Shown: one piece after another, positions 1 through 14,039 of the stretch | How the letters are laid out: each line of letters starts with the position of its first letter | How positions within the stretch are numbered: the stretch's first letter is position 1 | Origin: Paraspadella gotoi | Taxonomy: Eukaryota > Animalia > Chaetognatha | NCBI GenBank assembly: GCA_051294375.1 | Contig: CM119271.1 | Span: 3,868,610-3,932,609, forward strand | Length of the DNA: 64,000 nt | Reading direction: 5' to 3' | The notes under the pieces: model-generated | The model's database searches: none | Seen by the model: only the letters and a program-made list of their open reading frames with translations | What the model was told of the DNA's origin: nothing | Position numbers and translations under genes: made by a program

Positions 1-659
1 ACCGAGTGAGAAAAAAGTTTAATCGTCGAAAATTGAAAACGTCAGGCGAAACAAAGCGTTTTGAGTCGAGCGCCGACTAGCGGGAGAAACGCTACGCCAC
101 CCCCTGGCGGGTAAAAGGCGCTGAAAAGTTTGACGCCGGGGAAAAACGATTGCCGCCATTTTTCACGCGACGTTGAACGCGGAAAGAATGAGAACGAGGG
201 AGAAAAGATCAACCGACGTGAGAAGGAAACCGATGGCGACAAAGACGACGAAAAGAATGAATAAGAAAAAAGAGTAAGTTATAGTAAGTAACATAGTAAT
301 AGAAACGAAAGTTAAAAACTACGAAGGAAAATGTAGAAAAGGAAAAACAGAACAGCAAATAACAAAAGAAACAGATGGTAAGACCTTGACGAAAATGACG
401 CGAAAAAATCGCACAAAACAAACAACAACAACAATAACAACAACAACAACAGCATAACGACCAGGCAACAGAAGATGCGTTTTCTAATTTTCCAAAAATT
501 TGTAAATTTGTCAGGTTTATTACGAAACTTATTTATGACTATACTTTAAAATATTTATATGAACTAAACTTAACTGCCAGTCACTTAACTGCCAGTAACT
601 GAACTGCCATCAAAATAAAGATTGCTTCTCGTTTTTAAATTTAATTTCAAGAAAGAATA

Positions 660-2225
<1,566 letters not shown>

Positions 2226-3123
2226 TCCAGCGAAATTCATACACTAAAAGTCGAGTTTGGAAGGTCGGAGATTTGAAATTTATGTTTTCGAGTCGAGATT
2301 AGATTTTTCGTGTTTGTCGCTTCGCGCGAAAAGACGCATGCAGTCATGCACGCAAGTTATGACTCGTGATCGCACGCAAAGTCACGTGGGTGCACGTCGT
2401 CTCGTGATCGCACGCAAGGCCTTGTATCCGGTATCTCTGAAACTGAAATAGAAGTCAAGTGATGTTCCAATCAACATTTATTTGTGTATTTTTTTCAGAA
2501 ATTATGGTGTCCGAGAATTATATAAGCTTGATTTATACATACATGTTTTACTGGAGAGGGGTTATTATTACGCATAGGATTAAAATGATCATAAAATATT
2601 TTTTTTAGCTCTAAGAACAACAACTCAAAAAGTCAGGCCGACAATTTCTTCCACAATGTTGTTGAATAACAAAATACTAAGGTCTTCTCCATTTCCTCTC
2701 TCAGAGAGAAACACGAAACAGTTTTTTGTCTTTGGCACAAAACGTCGGATCCTTGGAGAAGAAAATAATCGATACACGTGATCCTGGAAATTCAATTTTC
2801 TTCACGCGTGAAAAAATGTGGCGGAAAAAAAAAAAAAAGATTGGTTCGAGGTGAAATTGCATCTTCGTTCAGGAGGAATCTTTAAATAATTGAGTGAAGA
2901 GACATAAAAGGGAGAATATTGGATGTTATGCGAACGGGTGCGTTCGAATACTGTAATTTGCGGTATTGGTTTTGCATATTGGAGACAGGTTTGCGCATTG
3001 CACACTGGGCAGGGGGCATATATTTCCTTACGCGTATCCAAAAATCGATGGAAATTGGAACCTAAGATGGGCTTGGTCAATGGTCATGAAGTGACAGCTT
3101 TACTTCACGAACCACCGTGTCAC

Positions 3124-3127
<4 letters not shown>

Positions 3128-3162
<35 letters not shown>

Positions 3163-3163
3163 C

Positions 3164-3195
<32 letters not shown>
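3128..3195. repeat. (TA)n microsatellite, duplicated with CACAAC leader
   Basis: CACAAC(TA)n occurs twice in tandem. Confidence 0.9.
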
Positions 3196-3198
<3 letters not shown>

Positions 3199-3651
3199 TG
3201 ATCACTCTATTAGTATTTTAGCTCCCAGCCTTCCCAGAATCATCAATCTAAATATCAAAAGCCGAGGATCAACGAAAGCTTTGGACCCTCAGTTCTAGTG
3301 GACTGACTGTGGATTCCATTCAAATTTATAATAATGACAAACATTAACAACCAACGGAAACAGAAAGAGTTTCTTATGCAAACCAAAAAAAATCAATGAG
3401 AGACCAGAATGAGAATAAAAAGTAACAGTGGAGCTCAAATTACGTCATGATTCGTATTGCTGAAAGATCGATTTTTGGGGCAAATCCCGATATCAAAAGT
3501 GATTCAACACAAACCGTTCCTAAAATTGTAGCGTAATTGACATTTGAACAAATAATTTTCATTGTTTGTAACAATTACGCACACAAAAGTTTAGAGAATC
3601 AGTGAAGAAGTAAACTTGGCAAAAAAAAATGTTGATGTTCCCGATTTTTTT

Positions 3652-3997
3652 AAAAATAAGAACGGTAATTCAATTTGTTTCGCCGCAGTGACTGCCCTAT
3701 CTCGTATATTTCTTGTGACATGACATGACATGACATGACATGACATGACAATGACATACGTGACGTAACATAGACATAACGTAACTGACTAGGATTTCCT
3801 GAAGCGGCTGCATCATAGATTATTTTATAAAATGAACACCAACTATGGGCAAACAATAAGCGTTTTTCACGTAAGTGGGACAGACCAACCGGACAGACAT
3901 ACGACCGACAGACAGACAGAACGACAGACAGAGACAGAACCAACCAAAATATGACCTTAAAGAGTGCTCCACAAGTACTCACGGAGCAACTAAAAAA
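3652..3997 (+). mobile_element. Helentron-associated (HINE/DINE-1-like) non-autonomous element, copy A
   Basis: AAATAAGAACGGTAATTC start, (ACATG)n and (GACA)n internal microsatellites, terminal stem-loop GTGCTCC..GTAC..GGAGCAAC followed by TAAAAAA; this architecture resembles HINE/DINE-1 elements. Family assignment is an inference from structure. Confidence 0.55.
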
Positions 3998-4234
3998 TTT
4001 GTCGTGTTTCCCCAAAGCCATTCTCATCGTTGATGAACTCGTGAAGGCAAAAAAGGTGATGACATAATGAGAGTTTGGACAAAAATACCTCGAAAAGGGG
4101 GATAGGGGAGGGCGGGATAGGGAGGCGGGATAGGGAAGGGGGGATATGGGAAAAGCGACGGTGACAAAGACATTAATGAGGATGAAGATGATTAAAACTA
4201 ACGACGCAAGTTATATGTCGAGGATTGTTTTGAC

Positions 4235-4658
4235 TTTTTTTTATGAGTTGTGCCGTGAGTACTCTCGGAGCAACTCTATTATGTCACTTTTCAGTCTGTC
4301 TGATGGTCAGTCCTTTGGTTAGTCGGTCCGTCGGCATGTTTGTCTGTCGATCTGTCCCACTTAAGTTAAAAAATGCATGCTAATTTGCCTATAGTTGGTT
4401 TCTCATTTGTTAAGACAGAAAAAAACCTCAAATGTAAGAGACTGCTAGAGTCACCTTCAGGAAATCCTAAAACAATAAGGAATAAAAGATGGAGTTTAAA
4501 TGCAGTGCATGTCCTAAATATATGGGCTAAGAAAGTTAATAAGTTATTGTAGTCATATATTCATTGTTATGTCACGTGATGGTCATGTCACGAGAAATAC
4601 ACGTGATAAGGGAGCACTTCGGCCGCAACACATTTGAATTACCCGTCTTGTTTTTTTT
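4235..4658 (-). mobile_element. HINE/DINE-1-like element, diverged copy B in inverted orientation
   Basis: Reverse complement of 4570-4655 (AAACAAGACGGGTAATTCAAATGTGTTGCG..CCCTTATCACGTGTATTTCTCGTGACATGAC) aligns with 3655-3725; shares AAGTGGGACAGA and the GAGTTGCTCCGAGAGTACTCACGGCACAACTC hairpin end. Confidence 0.55.
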
Positions 4659-4705
4659 ACATTCTTTGTTCTCCTAGTCTTTTGACTTCATTTTCTATTT
4701 CTCTT

Positions 4706-4706
<1 letters not shown>

Positions 4707-4750
<44 letters not shown>

Positions 4751-4770
4751 TTCCTATCATCTATTATCTA
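4707..4770. repeat. (ATCT)n microsatellite
   Basis: Direct read; mirrored as (GATA)n at ~23087-23160. Confidence 0.9.
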
Positions 4771-5015
4771 TCTTTATCATCTCTTCTTCTTTCTTCTTCC
4801 CGCCCTTCTTGCCAAAATACGAGCCGGTTTCCCAAATAGCAGCCGCCCTCACCAAGCATAAGCTCGGGCCCAGTCTTCAACTTAATCCACGCGGAAAAAA
4901 GAAATGGTGTTTTGAAAACCTTCTGGAGTTTTAACATTTAGGTTTCGTCAATATTGATCGCTATAATAAAGGAATAATTCAATAAAGGAATAAAAAAAAT
5001 GGTAGAAAGAAATGA

Positions 5016-7999
5016 CACGGTTCCTTTTTACATTCGATTTACTCGGCCATGGAGTGCACAAGAATGAGATGTCCCGGGATACGTTTCCGGACCTTTGGGC
5101 TACACAAAAAAAGGTAATCAAATTTTTTCCTAATGACAGTTTTTTTATAAATTAATATTAAAATTAGCTATATAAAATCAATAAAGTAGAATAAAAAAAT
5201 TTAAAAATGGTTTAAATTTTTTTTAAAAATGAAAATATCATGCATCATCCATAATCTATGAACAATTTTCTTTCGTTTGAGTCCATAACCATTATTCTAT
5301 CTTTAATAGTTTATTTGTAATTATTTTTTTTTTTATTAAAATATTATTTTAATTTTTTTTCAAATAATTTAAATTAAAAAAAATTATAACTATGCCAAAT
5401 GATTGAAGAAAAATTTTATATTATAAGGGACTTACCTACCTAATATAGGCCTTCAAATACATATATAGTAAGTTCATTATAATGATGTTTTGACATAGAA
5501 AATAAATAATTTATAAAATTAAATATATGAAAAAATTTTAACTTTGAATTTTTTTTTAGCATAATAAACATAATTATTAATTAATTGTTCATGATGCTTT
5601 TAATAGCTACTGGTCAGTTGTATCATTCTCAATTATAATAATTTTTATAACTTTTTTATTTTTAGTAATACTGACTGCTATATTTACTTACTTTTGACAA
5701 AATCCAAAAATTACTGGGTATTAAAAAATTATGTATGAAACAGACGAAAACTTTTTTTTAAATCACATGCTATTTAATTGTTTGAACTGATATAATATTA
5801 TCCTTGGACAAAATTTAAAAAGTTTTAAACAATCCCAACTAAGACATTTTTAAAGGTTGTCAAATGTATAAATATTTGATATTCGGACTGCTTTGTAGGT
5901 TTTAACTTAATTCAGTAGCCTCTTTTAATATGACAGAAAAGCAGTATATTTAACAGTTTTTTTATTTGGAGTGGGCATCAAAGTTCTAACACATATTAAC
6001 ATCAGTATATTTGTTAAGTATAGTAGATTCCTCTATAGATTTTTTAATTTTTGAAAACGTTTTTACTTTTTTTCCTATAATTTTTTGACACGCAAAACGT
6101 TTTTTTGAATTTACGCGAAAGAGAATGTAAAAAATTAAAAATAAATAGTACCAATTAGTTAGATTTATGTCTAGAATAGATGAAAAAAAAACTTGTTTAA
6201 AAAATTTGATCGGAAGTGGGGTAACTAAGGCTTACCAACGGTATCCTCCATGCTGATCGTTCTCTCCTATAATTTTTTTTAATTTTAATACATTTGAAAG
6301 GGAAAAAAAGAAAATTCAGAATTCAGGTGGCATAAAGGGTAGAGAAAATCTGTACATAGTGACATGATAATAATGACCTTTTATGTCTTGCGTAATGGGG
6401 CAGTAAAGAAACCTTAAAAATGGCAATCATTAAGTCAGTCAATGAACCCTTTTCGCGAATTTTTTTTTCTTAATTAAAATGGATGATAAATAATAGAATT
6501 AAATTCCCTTTATAAAGGTTGTTATATTTAAAAGAAAATTATCAATACAATTCAACACAATGATGTCTTGGCTTTGTCAAATATGTCAGCAGTTAAGTAA
6601 TTTTTAAAATTTTATTATGATAAACAAGCAGTATATCAAGCTTTTTCTTTGCAGTTAAAGATAATGAAAATGATTATTTTTTTTCACAGACAAGAAGGTA
6701 GACGTCCAGACTGTTTATATCAAGCTGAAAACATTTTATTATTTATCATTTTTTATATTTAAAAAACATTTTATCAAGCTACTACAAATTTTTTGCTTGT
6801 TTTTTACTTTAACTGAAAAATACAAAGCAAATTTATAAAGTAGAGAAAATTTAATGGTAATTAAAATGTAATTCCAGACTTTCCTCTTTTAATTTACAAA
6901 AGAAAAACAAAAATTTTATATGCCTTCATTGAAATTTGTAATGCAAAAAACTGTTATACTTTTAACTCGTATTTAAATAAAAACTGTGTAAAGATTTATG
7001 GATAAATTTAACAAAACTGTTCTAAGAAATATGTCCCATGATTAGGGCTTTAATTTGATACCACACCCACCTTGCTACTCTTTTTTTTCAAAAGATATTC
7101 AAGAAAATAACTTTTTTTTATTACTTTTTTGCATCTTGCAGTTTTTTTAAAAACAACCTAACTTTTGGCCTTAAAAATGTCTAGTTGGGATTGTTTAAAA
7201 ACTTTTAAATTTTGTCCAAGGATAAATATTATAATCAGTTCAAACAATTAATAGCATGTGATTTAAAAAAAAGTTTTTCGTCTGTTTCATACATAATTTT
7301 TAATACCAGTTAATTTTTGGATTTTGTCAAAAGTAAGTAAATATAGCAGTCAGTATTACTAAAAATAAAAAAAGTTATAAAATTATTATAATGAGAATAA
7401 TACAACTGACCAGTAGCTATTAAAAGCATCATGAACAATTAATTAATAATTATGTTTATTATGCTAAAAAAAAATTCAAAGTTAAATTTTTTTCATATAT
7501 TTAATTTTATAAATTATTTATTTTCTATGTCAAAACATCATCATAATAAAACTTACTATATATGTATTTGAAGGCCTATATTAGGTAGGTAAGTCCTTAT
7601 AATATAAATTTTTCTTCAATCATTTGGCATAGTTATAATTTTTTTTAATTTAAATTATTTGAAAAATTAAAATAAATATTTTAATAAAGAAATTAATTAC
7701 AAATAAACTATTAAAGATAGAATAATGGTTATGGACTCAAACGAAAGAAAATTGTTCATAGATTATGGATGATGCATGATATTTTTATTTTTAAAAAAAT
7801 GAAACCATTTTTAAAATTTTTTTTATTCTACTTTATTGATTTTATATAGCTAATTTTAATATTAATTTATAAAAAAACTGTCATTAGGAAAAATTTGATT
7901 ACCCTTTTTTTGTGTAACCCAAGGTCCGGAAACGTATCCCGGGACATCTTCATTCTTGTGCACTCCATGCCGAGTAAATCGATGTAAAAAGGAACCGTG
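5016..7999. mobile_element. Non-autonomous DNA transposon, 2984 bp, ~840-bp TIRs, 4-bp TSD (Chapaev/CMC-like)
   Basis: Starts CACGGTTCCTTTTTACAT (5016), ends ATGTAAAAAGGAACCGTG (7999); TIRs ~5016-5856 and ~7169-7999; ATGA on both sides (5012-5015, 8000-8003); empty site with a single ATGA on the minus strand at 22851-22854. CAC..GTG termini with a 4-bp TSD fit Chapaev; no intact transposase ORF. Confidence 0.88.
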
Positions 8000-8213
8000 A
8001 TGAAGAAATAAGCAGAAATAATACGAAAAAATGAATAAAATAATAATAATAATAATAATAAAACAAAAAATCCGTCGGAAATAAAGGAACATAAGAGAAA
8101 AAAACACCGTCTCGTTCGACGATTGTCAGTCACATCAGAAATCTGAATGATAATAGAAAGAAAGAAAGGAAAAAAAAAATTGATGGCTGAAGGACGTAAA
8201 TATCCTTGAGAGA

Positions 8214-8273
<60 letters not shown>

Positions 8274-8318
8274 NNNNNNNNNNNNNNNNNNNNNNNNNGA
8301 CGTAAATATCCTGAGAGA

Positions 8319-8369
<51 letters not shown>

Positions 8370-8804
8370 GTGAAAGAAAAAAAGAAGACAAAATGGCGAT
8401 TAAGCTTCTAAGACTCGAAGTCGCGAGAAACCAGATTTTCTTCGTATTTTTCAGTGCGTCAATCGAGAGTTCTCGCGGTGCAAGTGACTTTTAGGTCGGT
8501 CCATTGGTCTATCCACTAACGCTTTAAATGATCCTGAGATCTGGTAATATTGTATCAATTAAGTTTAAATCTGTAGGTAAGGTAATGTTATCATGAGACC
8601 TTTTATGTCATATGTATAATACTTGTGCCGTAACGAGATGACCTAAAAAAGCGATTACAAGACCAGAAATTTGATGCATCATATTTATAAAATATTAAAT
8701 TATTTTAGATAATACTTGATAGGTTGATAAGTTTTTGTACTTCTATGAAATTAGTACAACCAATTGGTACAACCAATTGGTTGTACTCATTTCATAAATA
8801 TAAA

Positions 8805-8991
8805 TATATGTGGAGAAGCGCTACTTGGGCTGAGATGACTGTCCGTAACTTCTATAACCCCTCTAACAGCCATGGAACGGTCCCTGGGCATGAACCAGGC
8901 TGAGGGTTTGCCATGTCCCAAGGCGGCTTACGGCTCCTCATGCTTCCCGCTGGGTAGGTACCGGGTTGGGATCGAACCCGGTACCTAGTGG
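8805..8991 (-). mobile_element. tRNA-derived SINE, head interrupted by hAT-like insertion
   Basis: Same sequence as the intact SINE at 37040-37278 up to TACCTAGTGG, then switches to CAGGGATGTG; B box GGTTCGATCCC retained. Mirror at 21971-22160; another copy at ~25585-25776. Confidence 0.8.
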
Positions 8992-9473
8992 CAGGGATGT
9001 GGAGCCGGAGCGGAGCCCGAGCCGGAGCTGGAGCCGCCGGAGCCGAGCTTTTTTTGCCGGAGCCGGAGCCGGAGCGGAGCGAGAATTTTTATCTGGCCGG
9101 AGCCGGAGCTGGAGCCGGAGCCGAAAAAAAATTTTTGACGGAGCCGGAGCTGAGCCGGAGCCGAAATAAAAATTGCCCGGCTCCAGCTCCATAAATAATA
9201 AAATAAGATTTTTATAATTATTAAATTTAAAAAAATATTTAAAAAAACATAATACTGATTTTTGATAATTTATATAATATCATATATTATTATACATAAG
9301 ATTAGAGTAAATAATAATAATTCTTTTTTTTTTAATCTATTAAATTTATATAAATATTTTATGAAAAAAGTAAAATTTATCCTTTAATATGCTTTTGGCT
9401 TACTTAATACAGCAACCATTTGCAGACTGATTAAAGCAAAGCTTTTCATAATATATTTTGAAACAATAATAAG

Positions 9474-9506
<33 letters not shown>

Positions 9507-11015
9507 TAATAATAATAAACAATTTTTGCTTACTAATTTTTTATATTATATACTTTTTTATATAATTTTTGTTACATATGGGTTGAAAGATATCTCATTT
9601 AAAGATAAAAAACTAAATTACCTTAATATTATACTTTTTATTTTAACTTTTTAATTAATGAATTCAAAAATTACTATAAAACTTATCATATTAGTTTACT
9701 TCTTCATACTATATTATATGCCTGAAAAGAATAACCATACTCGGGCATCCTATCAATCTTTTTAGATTTTTGGATATAACGATGGAAAGTGTGAGAGAAC
9801 TTAGAGTCTGTTGGATACCACGACCTATCTACAATTTTTTAATAATCGTAAGAAACCTTTATCTCAAAGATATATACAATGAAAAATACTTTCCTTCAGA
9901 AACTTGTTCCATTTTTTTAACAAATAAGAACAATTTTTAATTGTTTAAATTTTAATTAAAAATATTTAATATTTATGTTTTTTTGCTTAGACTTAGTCTG
10001 TCTTGTTTGTTGTTGATGATGATTGTACTGAATCAACCTCGTGTATTCGAATAAATCGCATTAAGGTCGTGACTAAGTAATAGACAAAAAGCATTGGCCA
10101 AGTTTAGGGTTTGTAAAAGGGACTGGCAGAATAATGGGATATAATAAGCCTTCCCCATTCACCGGTGAATGAACTCCATAAAAACCTAACCCTAATTAAT
10201 TTATTCTTATTTATAATCTTACATCATTTACAGCAGGCCATTTTTTAGCCCTAACCCTAACCTTTTATCTCATGCCAAGCTAAAACTTAACCCTAATATT
10301 TTACCCTACAAGGTGACACACAACAGCCGGCCGCTAAAAAAAAAATGTTATTTGCAAATTGTAAAAATTTTTTTCATTTGAAACTTTTTTTCTGTAATAA
10401 AAACCTAAATCATTTATTATGGTTTGATTTGACTTGGTACCTGAGCGGAGAAAAAGTTGTCTTCAAAATTGTGTTTCATTTTAAAACTCAATTTTTTTTT
10501 CAATTCTGTTTAATTTAACTTTTTAACTATTTTTTACAAACTTTATATAAAAAGGTATCAATATTTAATATCTTCTGAAAGCTCTTAAAATATAAAAGAT
10601 TGACATAATTAAAAATACTGTAATATTAAAATTAGCCTATCTAGCTTTAGATAATTAATTAAATAAAAATTTTTAAAGAAGCAGTTTTTGAATAATTATT
10701 AAATGATTGTTAGTTATTTTGATTTAGTTTTTCTTAAAATTTTTTATCAGATTATTAAACAATAATTGGTAAGATCACAGTAAAATAGGTCAGATATTTA
10801 AAAAATTATTTTAGGATTTTATTATTTCAATTTGGATTATCTTAAATTAAACTAAGTGGTATAGGCTTATTTTTATGTTTCAATATTCTTAATATATATT
10901 TTTTAAAAATTTTTAAGAGCTTGTCAGAAGATATTAAATGATACCTTTTTATATAAAATTTCTTATTTGGAGAGAAAACAAAATTTATTATTTGATAACA
11001 ATGATTTTGTTTTTT

Positions 11016-11072
11016 ATTTAAATCGGACATGTTTCCACTCTAGGACTTCATATTCTTCATCAGCATTTAAAT
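11016..11072 (-). ncRNA. Minimal type I hammerhead ribozyme motif (stem II decayed)
   Basis: Minus strand reads ATTTAAATG-CTGATGA-AGAATATGAAGTCCTAGAGTG-GAAA-CATG-TC-CGATTTAAAT: core boxes, palindromic stem III and GUC triplet intact, stem II mismatched; same sequence in the mirror at ~19897-19953. Confidence 0.65.
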
Positions 11073-11108
11073 TTATAAACATTCAGTTGTTTAAATATTG
11101 AGTTTGTA

Positions 11109-11165
11109 ATTTAAATGCTGATGAAGACTCAAATGTTATAGAGTCGAAACATATCTGATTTAAAT
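11109..11165 (+). ncRNA. Minimal type I hammerhead ribozyme (Penelope-like element type)
   Basis: ATTTAAATG-CTGATGA(11118-11124)-A-GACTC/GAGTC stem II-GAAA(11146-11149)-CATA-TC-TGATTTAAAT, stem I closed by ATTTAAAT pairs; AATAAA follows immediately. Confidence 0.8.
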
Positions 11166-12399
11166 AAAAAACAAAATTATTGTGTTGTCAAATAATGAAT
11201 TTTCGTTTTCTCTCTAAATAATTCAAAAAAACAATAAAAGAATGTAAAAGTTTTTAAAAAAATGTTAATAAATTTAGACAAAAAATTTTAAAAAGATTTG
11301 TTTTAAATAAAGACAATTTTTAAAGCAACTTTTTCTGGTCATTGCTAAATCAAATTATAACCAATCAATATAAAATTTGGATATATAAATGATTTAGGTT
11401 TTTACGATAGAAAATCTTTTAGATTAAAATATCTTCATCAAGTTTGCAAATGACAATTTTTTTTTTAGCGGCAGGCTGTTGTGTATCACCTTGTAACCAG
11501 GCTTTTTGTTATTTCTGACTTTCACCCAAACTCTAGGTTGTAGTTATTCAATAGCAATGTTGCGGCGATTCACGCATGAGTCACAATTGTTGTTCTTGTT
11601 GGTTGGCGACTTCACTATAGCAATATCAGCAAAGCCCTGGTTGTATCGCCATATACCCTCACTGGTGACTCACCAGTAAATAAACAGGGATGTGGAGCGG
11701 AGCCGGAGCCGGACTGGAGCGCCGGAGCCGAGCCTTTTTTGCCGGAGCCGGAGCCGGAGCCAGAATTTTTATCGGCTGGAGCGGAGCTGGAAGCCGGAGC
11801 CGAAAAAAATTTTTGACCGGAGCCGGAGCTGGAGCCGAGCCGAAATAAAAATGCCCGGCTCCAGCTCCATAAAAATAAAATAGATTATAATTATCAATTA
11901 AAAAAATATTTAAAAAATATAATTTGATTTTTATAATTTAATAAAAAATTTTCAACTTACTTGTTTTACTTTTTCTATTTTCTATTTTTTTATTTTTATA
12001 ATTTATTTAATATCATATATTTATTATATATAGATAATAAATAATAATAATTCTTATTTTTAATCTATTAAATTTATATAAATACTTTCAATTTTTTTAT
12101 GAAGTAAATTTATCCCTTGAATATGCTTTGGCTTACTAATACAGCAGTCTGAATTAAAAGGCAAAGCTTTTCATAATATATTTTAAATAATAATAATAAT
12201 AATAAAAGTTATTTTGCTTACTAATTTTTTTTCCTATTATATACTTGCAATTTTTGTTACATATGGTTGAAACATATCTATTTAAAAGATAAAAATTAAA
12301 TTACTTTAAATATAATACTTTTTTATTTTTAACTTTTTAATTAATGAAATCCAAAAATATACCATAAAACTTATAATATTAGTTTACTTCTTCATAGTA

Positions 12400-12925
12400 T
12401 TAAGGAGATAACAGTTTTTGAATTTGAACAACGATTTTATTGACAAAATTTTTAAGTCAGGATATGTTCGGCTCACAAGGGTTAGAGCCTTCATCAGCAG
12501 TTTTGAATCAACAATTTTTTTTCTGTTAATGTTAAGTTTTAGAGAGGGAGAGAGAGATTTTCAACAAGAATAGGGTAAGAGACAGTGGCCCGATGTGAGG
12601 ACAGCTAAAGTGAAGAAGGGAAGAAGAAGCAAATTTTGTGAAAAGTTAAAAGAGAGAAGGAGAGGGAAAATTAATATCAATACATTTGGTAATGTACAAC
12701 AGAGATATAGTGGATATAAATTAAATTAACAAACTTATAAGATAAACTAATATTTAACAAAATAAAATATATAAAGTAGTTCTACTAAATAAATTAAATA
12801 AAGTGAATTACGTGAAATTTGAAATGGAAGAATAAGTGGTGAGGATAGTTAGTAAAGTGATAGTGAAAGTAAGTGTAAGAAAGAGCTCAAATGAGCGGCT
12901 CCCCCCGGCCGGGCAAATGGAGGAT
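12400..12925 (-). mobile_element. Penelope-like retroelement 3' fragment with degenerate hammerhead
   Basis: Absent from copy 1 (CATACTATATTATATGCCTG is contiguous at ~9705-9723). Minus strand 12455-12505 reads CTGATGA-A-GGCTC..GAGCC-GAA-CATATC followed by CAATAAAATCGTT. Confidence 0.6.
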
Positions 12926-14039
12926 ATATTATATGCCTGAAAGGAATAACCATACTCGGGTATCCTGTCAGTCTTTTTTTATTAAGGTCGGACTAAGTGA
13001 TAGACAAAAGCATTGGTCAAGTCAGGTTTGAAAAGGACTGGGCCATGGCCAGGAATAATGGGGATATAATAAGCCTTCCCATTCACCCTGAAATGAACCC
13101 AATAAAAACCCTAACCTAATTAATTTATCTTATTTGCAATCTTGCATCATTTACAGCAGGCCATTTTTTTAGCCCTAACCCTAACCTTTATCTCATGCCA
13201 AGCTAAAACCTTAACCCTAGTATTTTAACTCTACAAGTGACACCACAGCCCGCCGCTAAAAAAAATCGTTATTACAAATTTGTAAATTTTTTTTATCGAA
13301 AAAGTTTTTCTGTAATAAATCCTAATCATTTATATACCAAATTTTATATTGATGGTTTTGATTTGACTTGGCACTGAGCAAGAAAAGTTGCTTTTCAAAA
13401 TTGTGTTTCATTTTAAACTTTATTTTTTTATCAATCTGTTTTCTAACTTTTTAACTATTTTTTTACAAACTTTATATAAAAAAGGTATCAATATTAATAT
13501 ATTCTGAAAGCTTTTAAAAAATATAAGAGATTGGCATAATTAAATAATGTAATATTAAAAATAGCCTATCTAGCTTTTAAGATAATTATTAAATTAAAAA
13601 TTCTTTAAGAGCAGTTTTTGAATAATTATTAAATTATTATTAGCTATTTTAATTTTAGTTTTTCTTAAGCTTTTTTATGATACTTATATAAACAATAATT
13701 GGTAAGATCATTATAGTAAGAATAGGTCAGATATTTAAAAAAAATATTTTAGTATTTTATTATTTCATTTGGATTATCTTATTAAACTAAAGCTGGTTAG
13801 GCTTATTTTCACGTTAGAATATTTCTTAAATATATTATTTTCTTCAATTTTCAAGAGCTTTCAGAAGATATTAATATTGATACTTTTTTATATAAAGTTT
13901 TTATTGGAAGAAAACAAAAATTTGTTATTTGATAACATGGTTTTGTTGTTATTGAATCGGACATTTTTCGACTCTAGGACTTCATAGTTTTATTAGCATT
14001 AAATTTAAAAACTTTCAGTTTTTAAATATTGAGTTTGTA

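Larger units (their letters stand above)
10309..11493. mobile_element. Tc1/mariner-type MITE (1185 bp, TA-flanked) with nested inner palindromes
   Basis: TA|CAAGGTGACACACAACAGCCGGCCGCTAAAAAA ... TTTTTTAGCGGCAGGCTGTTGTGTATCACCTTG|TA; imperfect TIRs of ~200 bp; inner inverted pairs 10541-10957 and 10963-11221. Mirror at ~19486-20652. Confidence 0.75.
8992..11495 (+). mobile_element. hAT-like composite element, left end and body, copy 1
   Basis: CAGGGATGTGGAGCC terminus followed by ~190 bp of GGAGCC/GGAGCT subterminal hexamers; precise junction inside a SINE; CAGGG terminus plus subterminal repeats is typical of hAT. Right TIR and TSD not found in the window. Confidence 0.6.

Noticed and set aside
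2802-3201. 92-aa ORFs in non-repetitive sequence
   Set aside because: No recognisable domain, no convincing splice-site pair, short in all frames.
5857-7168. Transposase gene inside the long-TIR element
   Set aside because: No ORF of 60 aa or more in the track and no recognisable DDE or zinc-finger motif by eye; a decayed remnant cannot be excluded without a profile search.
8938-9194. RS-, EP- or GA-rich ORFs resembling SR proteins or fibroin (also 11692, 19100, 21760-22217)
   Set aside because: Products of GGAGCC subterminal hexamers of a transposon end.
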